Source: Isurus oxyrinchus (taxonomy: Eukaryota). Taken from it: 64,000 nucleotides of DNA. Within the stretch, counting starts at the first letter, position 1; every line of letters begins with the position of its first letter. Below, piece by piece: positions 26,847 to 39,068 of the stretch. The stretch lies in NCBI GenBank assembly GCA_026770705.1, contig JANJGN010000042.1, positions 2,356,001 to 2,420,000 of the forward strand, in the 5' to 3' direction. Made by a program: the position numbers and the translations under genes. The notes under the pieces were generated by a model, which saw nothing but the letters and a program-made list of their open reading frames with translations, ran no database searches and was not told the origin of the DNA.

Positions 26847-27162
26847 CCAGAGAGGGAGTTTGATCAAATCTGCGATCCGTATCACAGCAGGAAAATCAAA
26901 TAAAATAAATATGACCAACAATAAGGGTTTGAAGGAACACTGAATTACGAAAAATGTATAAAAGTCTCCATTTTTTACTAATTTTGATTGTCTTGCTAAA
27001 TAGGGGCACAGATGTTAAAGGCATATTTCGGTCCGTTTATAAACATAATGAAAAATTCTAACTGAAATATCACAGTGATGTATTCCTCGAGTATTCAGTA
27101 TCAGGTTTCTCAGGCCGCTGTGGATTTGAATCTCTGTATTTCTCATTTAACAGTCCGCCGCA

Positions 27163-27232
27163 TTTTTTTGTCATGGTGCGTCTCACAGTGATACAACTGG
27201 ATGGCACAGCCGTTACTGTTAATGCAAAAACC
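27163..27232 (+). other. IGHD: D2 segment (core 27191-27204 ATACAACTGGATGG) with 12/12 RSS
   Basis: TTTTTTTGT-12-CACAGTG | core | CACAGCC-12-GCAAAAACC. Confidence 0.93.
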
Positions 27233-27556
27233 TCATCGGGGCTAATTGATTGCATTTCGGTCGATGCATTTTGTTTTTTTACAATACAACCATTTTAACC
27301 AAAGCCCAAACTGTGCCTGGAGCTTCCCAATTGACAGGTTTCAAGAGGTGCTAGTGTGTTAATTATTAAATCATTGGCTGCTGCTTTCAATGCATGATCA
27401 TCAGTTACTCTGTGAAATACAGAAAAAAGTGTAATTTATAAACTTTAGAAATTCTTTAACAAATTTACTATTTTGATAAAGCAGGTCATGACTTTACTCT
27501 GCCTCTCCGCTCGGAATTTAAACTAATATTGAATTTCTCCCCTTGTGTGCAGAACT

Positions 27557-27595
27557 GGTTATTGTGTGACCCAGACCAGCGAATGTAACACTGTG
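27557..27595 (-). other. JH 23-RSS
   Basis: GGTTATTGT (27557-65), 23-bp spacer, CACTGTG (27589-95). Confidence 0.95.
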
Positions 27596-27643
27596 ACTAT
27601 GCTGGCTACTGGGGACAAGGGACCATGGTGACGGTGACTGCAG
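27596..27643 (+). CDS. IGHJ: JH segment (YAGYWGQGTMVTVTA)
   Basis: WGQG motif; phase-1 donor G|GTAAG at 27644. Confidence 0.97.
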
Positions 27644-29527
27644 GTAAGAAACATGCCTTCATTCTGTGCTGTTGGATTTGCTTCATTGTCTCATATTTGT
27701 TTATTTTAGACATTAATGTGTTAACCGAAACTTTGCATTGGTGGATTCTGTGTTTACAATGTTTCATTTAATTCTGCCGCAAAGGGATTTAACAATTGCT
27801 TCTCGGCAAAAAAAAAAAAAACAATGGGAGTTTTAAGGACTTGTTTGAGTGATTTGTCTTTTATCTGCTGATGAGGCTTTGTGCCTGGCTTACTTTAACT
27901 ATTTGAGTTTTGTTAAAGGATTTGGTGTTTCTACTGCTGCAAGTTTTGTAATCGACTGAAAGTATTGTGTTTAAAAGTGTTGGAAATAAGATTGTAGACA
28001 GGAAAACGAGTGCTATCAAGGTCAAAATGTCTTTTTAAACTATGGATTTTATAATAAATGTTTGTCATGTTTATTTGTGTTAACTGCGCTGAAAAATATC
28101 AATATAAGGTTGACGAACTTTCACCTTAAATAAGTGAAATGCTACGATAAGTAGGAACAACAGAGTTAACAAATTTCCTGCCAGAATCAAGCTTAAAATA
28201 ATACAACTTGAAACATTGTAATGCTGTAATATTCCTCCCCATATTACTAAAGTATACCGTGAAAATCAAACAATGCATTAAACATGACCCATCGAAATAC
28301 AATTCTTCTGCCATTGTTTCATATTTCTGTTTATTTTAATAAATGACTTGTTCAATGAAAGATGATTTCAGTGCGATGTATTGAGGTTTATTTGAAATGT
28401 TGCATCTGATTCTGCTGAAAGGACTTAGGTAATTAAGCAGTTGTTGGATTCAGTCCCTCGGTGTTCTGATTTGGTGCTAAGTGCTAAGGAGAGTATGTGC
28501 CTTGGGTTACTTTGAACAGTTAAAGCTCGTGGAACTGTTTGATGATTCTACAACGTGTAATGTCGATCACATCAAACATGTGTTGGTTATGTGCTTAAAC
28601 CATTGTGAAGGAGGGTTATAGTTACAAAGCAAACAGGCTTTTTAATCAATATTGAAAGATATATTGATGCATTTTTATTTCAGTGCCAATTGCAGATTGA
28701 ACAATTAATATTTTGTTTCTGATACTCCTATTTAATACTTGAGGTAATAATGCAATGCTAAAGTACATAACCAGCGAAGTTCAACTGTGATGGGGAGTTA
28801 AATGAATATAACTCAAACGACTATAATGCGACAATATTTCCCAAGATTACAACAATAAAAAATAATATTGTTAGACATTTAGCAGATAATCTGTGCTATC
28901 CACAACAATGCTGCAAAACGCAGCACAATTAATAGCAGCCGGACAAATGCAAAGGTTCCAGCAATTTCCATTCTTTTTTTTTAATATAATACACACTGAT
29001 CGCACTGCAGTATTTAGTTCAAACAGTGATTTTAAATTAATTGGTTCCTCCCTGGTTTATGCAGGTTGAAAGGTGCTAATTATTTATCAATATTAAATGC
29101 GTTTCAGCTGGCTAATTTAATATATCTGCCGGGTTGTTGAACCTTTGCTGTGCAGCCAAACAGTTCCTTGAATTTTAGCCCATTATCACTAAGCTAATCT
29201 TAAACGGTTTGCAGTTAATGAATTGCTCAATAATACTCAAATTCAAAGAAAATTCAGAATGCATAAGGCTGGAGATGGACAAACATTGCTATTGAAGCAG
29301 GTTGGCTGTATTATAAATGTAACTTCTGAATTGAAGAACAGCAACTAATCTTGCAGAGCTGTGAGATATCCGGGTTGAATTAAATGGGAGCTACCTTTAA
29401 TTCTCATTAAAATCGTTCTGTTTGCTCGCAGAGTTTCAGTGTCTCGGGTGATGCAAAGGAATTGTTATCTCTCAGTTCTGCATTGATGATTGTGGATCTT
29501 CATTTCAATAAGTAGCATTATATATTT

Positions 29528-29725
29528 AAACAGAAAATGCTGAATAAAACCTCAGCATGACTGGCAGCATCTGTCCATGGAGAAGCAGAGATCTGAAGAA
29601 GAGTCCTACCGATTCGAAATGCTAAGTCTGTTTCTCTCTCCACTGATGCTGCCAGACGTGCTGAGTTTTGCCAGCATTTTCCATTTTTATATCAGATTTC
29701 CAACATCCGCCGCATTTTATTTTCA
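29528..29725. mobile_element. Short fold-back Penelope-derived element with a decayed hammerhead motif, in the J-C intron
   Basis: AAACAGAAAATGCTG..CTGGCAGCATC arm and GATGCTGCCAGACGTGCTGAG arm; CTGAAGA-A-GAGTC-CTACC-GATTC-GAAA at 29593-29619. Confidence 0.75.
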
Positions 29726-31944
29726 TTATATATTTGAAACTCATTTACGTGTAGATTACGGGAATGGTATATCAAAGCTTGGCTGTATTATTATCTAGGG
29801 GAGGCTCCGATAATGGCTACAAACTGGCAGGGATACATTAATTATTAAAAAATAAAACTGCTGTTGAAATGTGGGATGATATTTAAACTCCAGAGTCCTG
29901 CTTCAGTGACTTGAGGATGATGCACTCCATTTTTTATTACCGATATGAGTACCCGAATAGTGTTTGAACAATTTTAAGCTGCCTACTTATAAATCTATCA
30001 TGTGAAATACACGTTTAGAACAGAAGAGCTTTTATGTCGTGCCAACATAATCACAAACATGAAAACTTTACCAGAGTGTAGGTATAGGACCACCTTCTTA
30101 TAATTTTTGGTCATCTTAATTTATTAAAAGTAATATAATGTATTTGTCCGAAAGTGTATGGAATTATTTATTTAATTTAAGAAGTGTCACCTTAATTTAA
30201 ATAAGCCTATTATTAACAAGAGACAAATCAGAAGGAGAATAAAATTATTAACAAATTTGGCATAATGGTGTTAAATATCACCAATATGAAAATAGAGTCT
30301 AAGTTCAGTACGAATTCATTACAAAAAAATCTCTCAAATGTGCTGCGCTGAGTCCAGGATTAAAGTTAAAACTCATGGTGGAGAATTTTTTAAATTATTT
30401 TCAATTAACTTGGAAAGCAACATGTTTCTTAGTCAACTGCCTTCAGCTCCATTGGATGTTGCTGTACAATTTAATTAATTATCTTCGTGTTTTGCCTCAG
30501 CAGTTTCAATGATTATATATTAATCTGAAAGTATGTCAGTGAATAATAGGAGTACAGTGTAAATATCTCCCAATTTGTTAAATTCTTGCTCTGTTACAAT
30601 GTCCCTGTTAGAGACATAAATTACCATGAATGTAAATTATTTTGATGAACCTGTTCTCAGCCAAACTAACTCTAAGGCTGTTGTGAAAACTGCACACAGA
30701 CAGGGAGAAATTAAGGCCCATCAAAGGGAATTTTTCCATTTAGAATCAGAATAATTTCACAGAAGTGACGTGGTCATAAATTTACAAACGTTTTAATCTA
30801 TTCAAACGGATTAATGGATACTGGAGAAATCTATCTTTAATAGACTGATTTTTGCATCGTTTATGTCTGTTCTGTTTCTATGTGTGTGGTCACTGTGCGA
30901 GAATCGGGAGCCTTCTGGCTGTTTGTGAACTTCCTGGTTCATTGTCCTGTAATTCAGGGAATTCATTTCGAACCATTTATTTAAGAAGTTTGTATATCCG
31001 AGAAAGGTGCAAATCTGTTCTAAAGTTTGAGAAGGTGCCTCAGAAATCAGATCAGTATTCCAGTTTGTGGAATTCAGAAGGAAAGCAAAATGTAGAAAGA
31101 TATTTTTCTGTTCAGTGTTTGCTGTATCAGAGCCGGTGGTTTGTTGATGGTCCAGTCTAAGCACAAGTTTTAACTAACAATGCGGAATAGAGGGCGTTTT
31201 AGAATGCATCCCACCATTACTGTTCCTGAAATACAGCGCTTCACAGGACTGTGCAAAGAGACTTTTAGTATAATTCACTTGTTCTGTATCTGACATGAGA
31301 GTGTTGGCATTGTCAATGGTCAAGGAACTTTAACCACTATCAAACATATTAATTGCTCCGAATTAGATATGTAAAAGTAAATGCTTAAATTCCTCCAATG
31401 AAGTAGCAGATCGTTAATTTAACGTACATTTCATTCTTAAAAAAAAGCTAAGTTTGTGATGATTAAACATTTTCAATATGAGATAATATTTGAATCAGAT
31501 TGGCCTGATCTAAAGCTCAATTTCAGGACAGTTACAGGAAGTGACGGTAACGTTACCTTCTGCGATATGATCGAATCTGAAAATAAATTGAGCAACTTAA
31601 ATGGACATTATGGTGCCTTACCCCGTGTCTCATACAAACTACGGTGGGAAGGAAAGCTGGAAAAATATGAGTTTAACTTAACTCAATGCACAACCTGATT
31701 CCAACTGCCCGAAGGACATTTGATGAACTATCAGAGAGGCAGTTTTACTCTTGTTCCAAGGGCTTTACTAGGGCTGTGGGTTTTATGTGGAACTTCAATG
31801 TTCTTCTATCTTGTATCTAATCAGTACAGTCTGTGAACTGTAAACATTTGATTATGTGGTGGAGATGAAACACCTTTTTCTGGACATGTATCTATTCATG
31901 CATCCATTTTTCATCCAACGATGCAAAGATCGATATATTGAATG

Positions 31945-32067
31945 GTCTATCTATCTATCTATCGATCGATCTGTCTTTCTACATATCTGTCTACCTGCCT
32001 ATCATGTCTATCTGTCTATCTCTCTCTCTCTCTATCTTCTATCACTCTCTATCTCTATCTCTTTCTA

Positions 32068-32101
<34 letters not shown>

Positions 32102-32360
32102 CAACCATCTGTTTATCTGCCTGTCNNNNNNNNNNNNNNNNNNNNNNNNNNNNNNNNNNNNNNNNNNNNNNNNNNNNNNNNNNNNNNNNNNNNNNNNNNN
32201 NNNNNNNNNNNNNNNNNNNNNNNNNNNNNNNNNNNNNNNNNNNNNNNNNNNNNNNNNNNNNNNNNNNNNNNNNNNNNNNNNNNNNNNNNNNNNNNNNNNN
32301 NNNNNNNNNNNNCTACCGATCTCTTTAACTCTCTATCTATCTATCTATCTGTTTATCTAA
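31945..32360. repeat. (TCTA)n/(CT)n microsatellite containing a 187-nt assembly gap (32126-32312)
   Basis: Direct inspection. Confidence 0.97.
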
Positions 32361-33147
32361 CCAAGATAGCTGATAATAATTGATTATTTGTAAACATCAT
32401 TGTGCATTGGCAAATTTGGAGAGTTAATTCAGAATTGTGATAGACCGAAAGCTAACTATCCATGCTATCAAATAGTCTCATTGAACAATTCTGGGTCATG
32501 CTTTATAAAAGTGCTAAAAAATTGCCTGTAAGTAATGAAACTAGTCGATCCACCCGTTGGAGTTACATAATCTTTAGAGCAAATGCTGCCAAGCATCATC
32601 CAAGTTTATCCTCTGAAAACGACAACGTGTTGATCATGAAACTAGAATAGATTTGTGTAAAAACCCCTCTGGCTCACTGATGTCCTTCCTGGAAGATAAT
32701 CGGCCATCCTGGCCCAGAGATAGCTAACTGTTTCTGTATTACAATAGTCATTTGCTGGTGATAAGAGGTTGATAGTAAAATACTTTAAGCGAGAGCTCAT
32801 TGGAAATAATGTGGAAGCGTGTAAAGTGAAAGTGTTTGAGGAATGATTGATGTTTTCTTCAATAGAGGAGCAAGGGCTGGAGGAAGCCCAGGTTACAATA
32901 TCCCGTATTTAACTCGCAATTATGTGGCCTCATGTAAAGTATTTCCCTTTTCCGACTTGTGCAACATCTTGTGTACAAGACTGGCCATCAAGGCAGCGTG
33001 TCCTGTCGGGCATATCAACTCCTAAATGCAGTTTATTACCAAGATATTTTGGAAATTAATTATATCAATATTAAACTTCGAACAATTTGCTTATTTCATA
33101 ATCACGAATCACATTTTTAAGTTGTTCAATTGACTCTTAATTCGCAG

Positions 33148-33447
33148 TGACACCGTCTCCCCCCACCCTCTACGCTCTGCTCTCCTCCTGTGAACAAGCA
33201 AACACTGCCGGCTCCATCACCTACGGCTGTTTGGCTGCGGACTACTCCCCCGAAATCACCAGCGTTTCCTGGAAGAAAGATCAAGAGACGATCACAGCTG
33301 GATTGAAGACTTACCCATCAGTACTGAACAAGAAGGGAACCCACACCCTGAGCAGCCAGTTAACCATCACCGAATCAGAGGTGGGAAGCAGCACAATCTA
33401 CTGCGAGGTTCGAAGGAGCAACTCGGTCTGGCAGAAGGAAACGCCAG
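33148..33447 (+). CDS. IGHM: IgM Cmu1 exon
   Basis: (V)[51 protein letters not shown]; 300 nt, phase 1/1, CAG acceptor and GTTCGT donor. Confidence 0.97.
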
Positions 33448-33529
33448 GTTCGTGTTGTGGGATGCACAGGGCGGCAGTGGCGGGGCTGGGTGAAGGGTGA
33501 ACGTGGTCAGCAAATGAGTTATGTTCAAA

Positions 33530-33815
33530 TTCTGCATCACATGGGTTAGAATGGATTGAGAATATTGTGTATAGTTCAGGTGCCCATATCACACTTAGTG
33601 CATTGTGGATACCTGTATCCTCCACATCACACTTAGTGTGATATGTACAGCTGTGATTTCCGCATCACAGTTATTGTACTGTAGACAGTTTTTACTTCCA
33701 CATCAAAATGTAGTGTACTGTGTATAATTAGGGCCTCCACATCATAATAGGTGTATTGTGTGCAGTTATTCCCTCCAAATCATATCGAATATACCATATG
33801 TAGTTCTGGTTTCCA
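33530..33815. repeat. Degenerate 38-bp minisatellite (about 7 units) in the Cmu1-Cmu2 intron
   Basis: Repeating ACATCACACTTAGTGT..TGTG..CAG....TCC units. Confidence 0.75.
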
Positions 33816-34354
33816 TGTAAGGAAAATGCTACAGGGGCGTTGCAATCGGAGCTAAACTATTTACAAGGACATTACCAGAGCTGATAGATTACTTCTGTCA
33901 TGTAATTGCGAACAGGTTGGTGGTCAATTCTCTACAAAATAAAAAATTGTGGTGTGACCAAATAAAGGTCCTCAGACTTCTGAAATAATTTGATACATTA
34001 GACAAGAATTAGAGCTCATGTTTACAACAGAATGTTAAAAAGAAACGATTGGCTATTCTGAATCTTTACACAAAGAGTGAGCAGAATGTGGGAATTCCTG
34101 TAGGTGAGATGTTACCGAAACTCTGTTCAGGGGAATCTTAATAGATACATGAGGGAGATTGTAAGGGAGGTTTTTTTTTCTGCTGAGAGGTGAAATAGGG
34201 CGAGAGGATGTTCCTGTGGATCCTAAACTCCAGCATTGTACTATGGGGCCGGTTGGCCTGGTTCTGTCCTGTGGATTTTATGTAATTAGTTTTACAGTTT
34301 TTAATTTTTGGTTTGAAGCAATTTTAATTCCAAATAATATATATTTTCTTGCAG

Positions 34355-34666
34355 TTATTGTGGTGCATCATCCGACTGTTCTGCTCACCGTGAGCCCCAG
34401 TGAAGAAATCACAAGCAGCAGATTTGCAACCATCGTCTGTTCAATCATTGATTTCCGTCCAAATTCAATCAAGGTGAAATGGCTGAAAAATGGACAAGCC
34501 ATGGCCTCCGGCTTCGTCACCTCTCCCGGCTTTGAAGTGAACAGGAACTTCTCGGCGACCAGTCGGTTGACAGTCCCCGCTGGGGACTGGTTCAGTCACA
34601 CGCTCTATACCTGCCAGGTCACTCATAAAGGGGTCACCCAAAGCCGAAACATCACCAAACCTGAGG
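34355..34666 (+). CDS. IGHM: IgM Cmu2 exon
   Basis: (V)[51 protein letters not shown]; 312 nt, phase 1/1. Confidence 0.97.
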
Positions 34667-35129
34667 GTAAGAGACACAACCCGAGGAAGTTCAAGGCCAT
34701 TCTTGGTGTCAATCTCTTCCAAGCCAAGAAATATTTTGGAATGATTAAACGTCAGAGATTGTGTCCCATTTGCCAACTTGCCCATTTGTGTTTCCTTCCA
34801 AAGGAAACAAGAACACACTAAAGAAATCCTTTCATTTATAAAGCGCCCTCCCCAGCATCAGATTCTCCCAAAACACTTAGCAGCCAATGAATGACCGTGG
34901 AAATGTGCTCATTGTGGTAAAGTAGAATATTCAGCAGCGATTTGCTGCACAACAGTCACCAAGACCCTGGGACATGATGCTCACAGGATTTATTTATTTA
35001 TTTTTTGATTTCATTCTGTTTGTTCAGGTACACATGTTGTCCAGGAAATAGACGCACTTTAGCTCAGCATTTCGAACGTTTTCTTTTCATTTTTATTTCA
35101 AATTTCCAGCAATATTTGGCTTCTAGAAC

Positions 35130-37200
35130 TAAAGAACATTATTGGATTTGCTGTTGGGGAGAGTTAAACTAACTCAGGAGGAGCGTGGGAACAACGAGAG
35201 AATTTCAGCATGTAATAGCATGGATTCTGGGAGAGGCAGCTAACTCTAAAAGAGGGAATAGTCAGTTAATAGGCGGAGTCAGGATAAGGGAGCAAACAAT
35301 GAATTCTAAATTAGCGTTGCACTGCATGTATGTGCATGCATGGAAAATAGTTAAAATTTGGGAGTTACAGGCACAGATTGCCTTTTGGGATTATTATGAT
35401 AGGGTGATAACGGAGACCTAATTTAAGGAAGGACAGAATTGGGTGATAATTAGTTCTAGTTACAAGATGTTCATAAAAGACAGGAAAGGACACAAACTGG
35501 AGGCGGGGTCGTGGTGGCGTTTTTGTTTAAGGAGAGTATTTCAGTACTGGCGAAAAATAATGTGTCAGGCGATTCAAGGACAGAACCAATTTGGCTGGAG
35601 CAAAGGAATAAGAATGGTGCAATTACATTGCTGGGTGTAATGTATAGACCGCAATAGCTAGTGGGAAGATGGAGAGGAGCAAGTAAATAACAGAGAGTTG
35701 TAAATATCATCGAGTAGTCATAACGGAGGGGGAAGGGTACATTACCCGAATACATACTGGGATAGTAGTACTGTAAGGGGCAGTGAGGGAGCAGCATTCC
35801 TAGATCATATTCTGGAGAATTTCCGACAGCAGTGTGTGTCCAGTGCAAGGAGAAAGGAGGCACTGCTAGACCTGGTTCTTGGGAATGAGGTGGGCCAAGT
35901 AAAGAAACTGATAGGAGGGGAGCATTTAGGGGACAGTGATCATTGTATCATAAGGTTTAGGATGACGGTGGAAAATGACATTGATCAATCCAGGGTAAGA
36001 GCAGCCAACTGGCAGAGAGCAGACTTCAATGGGGCAAGAATGGGCCTGGGCCTGATAGACTGGAACCAAAGGTTGGTGGGAAAAACAGTAGCTGAACATT
36101 GGGCTAACTTCAAAGAGAAGATGGTTTTGGCACAGTCTAAGTATGTTCCCTCAAAAGAGAAGGGCAGGAGAAACAAGTCCAGAGCTCCCTGGATGGCAAA
36201 GGAGATAGAAATTAAGTTAAGGAAGAAAAAATGTCTTACAACAGGTGTCTGGTAGCAAATACATTTGATAACCAAGCTTAATTCAGAAGTTTCAGAAAGG
36301 ATGTGTAAAAGCAAATACGAGAATCAAAGAGGGATTATGAAAAAAATACTGACAGCTAACATAAAAGGAAATCCCAAGGTATTCTATAAGCATATCAATC
36401 GTAAGAAGGTTGTAAAAGGAGGAATAGACCGATTAGGGATCAAAAAGGGGATTTACACATAGCGGCAAGAGGCATGGCTGAGGTGTTAAATGAATACTTT
36501 GCAGCTGTCTTTACCTACGAGGTAGATGCTGCCCAGGTTATGGTGACAGAGGAGGAAACTCAGTCACTAGAAGGGTTTGAAATTGCTAAGGATGAGGTAT
36601 TGCATCAGCTGTCGGCTCATAAAGTGGATAAGTCTCCGGGACAGGGTGATATTCGTCTAAGAGTATTGAAGGAAGTGAGAGTGGAATTGCAGAGGCACTG
36701 ACAATAATCTTTCAGCGTCCCCTGCATTTGGACGAGGTGTTAAAGGACTGGAGAATTGCAAATATTACGCCCTTGTTCAAAAACGTTTGTAAAGGTCTTC
36801 CCTGCAATTACAGACGATTCAGTTTAACTTCGGTGGTGGGGAAACTTCTAGAAACAATTATTCCGGATGGAATTAATATCATGTGGGATAATGTAGATTG
36901 ATTAGGAAGAGTCATCATGGATTTATTAAAGGAAAATCCTGTATAACTAACTTGCTGGAGTTTATTCAAGAGGTAACAGAGATGGTTAATGAGGGCAAGG
37001 CCGTTGATATGGTCTATTTGGATTTCCAAAAGGCTTTCGACACAATGCCACACAACAGACCTGTGAGGAACGTTATAGATGATGGACTTAAAGGGACAAT
37101 AACTAACTGGATAAATATTTATATATATAAATGATGTAGATCTTGGTTTGCAGGGGGCAATTTAAAGGATTGTGGAGGATGCAAAACTTGGGAGAATTTG
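35130..37200 (+). mobile_element. Decayed CR1 LINE (endonuclease to RT N-terminus) in the Cmu2-Cmu3 intron
   Basis: ALLDLVLGNE..EHLGDSDHCIIRF, MAEVLNEYFAAVFT and HGFIKGKSCITNLLEF..YLDFQKAFD; multiple stops and frameshifts. Confidence 0.93.
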
Positions 37201-38266
37201 GAGAAAGGTGACGTCACACTGACAAAGCAGGCATTCCTGGGCCTTAACAGTTGATGTTGAAGTCGGAACCTCCCACAATACAATACTCACCCAGTACTAC
37301 ATTGCTGGTATCAACTACACATGTGTTCAAACACCTGGAGTGGGGATTGAACCCATGTTCTTTCTGAATCAGAATCCCCCGTTGTTCAGGATTCCATTAG
37401 CTCACAAAACACGGTGACATTTTGTTCAAAAGTTAGACAGTGAGTGGGGAGTCAATGGTTTTAGTTTTATCCGAAATTGATTGTGGGTAGAATCGGTGTC
37501 TGCAGGCCTTTACTGGTAATTGCCCACGACTTCAATTCTGACAATGATGTGCACCTTATTTCTGCTGCTGTTTTCAGACTGAGCAGCGCTGACAGCAGTT
37601 TGCATAGTCTCGGCTGCATTTCTTTGAGTACAATAGTCTAATGAATGATCGAATTGCGGTGTTTCAGTTAATTAATAAAGTGGGGAGAAAATGCTTAGTC
37701 CTCCAAATTAGAGATAGGAAAATAGTGAGGAAGCCAATTTTGGCAACATTTCCCTCACACTGTGAAATATTATCACTTTCATTTTCCCCAAGAATTTCTG
37801 AGGCTGGGAATCAATTGACATTTCAAAAAAAGGGATTAACATTTTTTTTTGAAAATGTTATCGCACATGACAGAACGAGGAGGATAAATGGGGTTAAGGC
37901 ACACATTATTCTTACAGAGAGACATAGAGAGTTGAATGGTCTCCTCCTGTGCTGTTAGCATCTATCATTCTCTGATTCCTTGATTTCGGGACGAGTGATA
38001 TTCTGTCTGTAAGACCATTGTACCTGAATTTATTCACATTGTTGGACCGGCATTTGGTTTAGTCATTCCCACTGGTTCTGGCTGGAAATACACAGGGAAT
38101 GTTATGGAGTCTCCCGGAATTATTGCAAGTCATTGACCTTCAAACAATGAAGGCGTTAACAGGGCAGGGGGAGATCAGGTAAATATTCCTGTCGTGAGAG
38201 TGAAAGCTGAATACCGGATTTCTGATTCTGATGATGTTTTGGTTGACATTCATTTCTGCTTCACAG

Positions 38267-38572
38267 TTTCCGACTGCAACGACCCCGTAATTACTCTACA
38301 GCCGCCGCCAATAGCACAGGTCTTACTGGAGGCGACAGTGACCTTAACCTGTATCGTGAGTAACGCCCCTTATGGAGTCCTCGTGTCCTGGACACAAGAA
38401 CAGAAGCCTTTGAAATCAGAGGTTGCTGTCCAGCCGGGTGAGGATCCTAACAGCGTGGTCAGCCACCTGAACATCTCAACACAAGCCTGGCTGAGTGGGG
38501 CTGAGTTCTACTGCGTGGTGAGCCATCAGGATCTGCCGACTCCTTTAAGAAATTCCATCCACAAGGAAGAAC
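38267..38572 (+). CDS. IGHM: IgM Cmu3 exon
   Basis: (V)[52 protein letters not shown]; 306 nt, C|GTGAGT donor. Confidence 0.97.
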
Positions 38573-39068
38573 GTGAGTGGTGAGAATGAATCAATGTGAG
38601 AGAGTGTGCAAATTCCCAGTGTAAGTTTAAGAACCAATAATCAATGCACAATGTACTAATGAGCAAGTCTGATTGGCAATTTCACTAACTATAACCCCTT
38701 GGTCCGTAAATGATGCATTTAAGTAGTAAATTCATATTTAGGTGAATGAACAAGAAACTGTGCTGCAGGGTTTGATTATATAATGTGGGAGGAGCTTGGT
38801 GTGGAGTTCAGACACCAGTACAGAGCTGTTCGGCCGAATGGCCTGTTACTGTTACTGATGAAACTTTCCAGTCCAATCCCGCATATTCTCAGAGTGAATG
38901 ATTGCATGCACATCTGCTCCGATCTAGAAAGCCGGTCAGACCCCAAAGTGGAAAATGGAGATCTTGAAAAGTCAAAACAAAACACATTTCTCTCACATCT
39001 AACCACTGGTGTCATTGTCCCTGGAATTCTCCAGTTTTTTTTTGACATTTATTGTCAATTTTTTGCAG

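Noticed and set aside
27071-27077. Perfect CACAGTG between D1 and D2 as a third D segment
   Set aside because: No acceptable nonamer at 12 or 22-23 bp on either side and no partner heptamer.
31856-32383. ORFs spanning the N run
   Set aside because: Artefacts of microsatellite plus gap.
27644-33147. Class-switch (S) region in the J-C intron
   Set aside because: No AGCT-dense or G-rich tandem array visible; only a TCTA/CT microsatellite, part of which is hidden by the gap.
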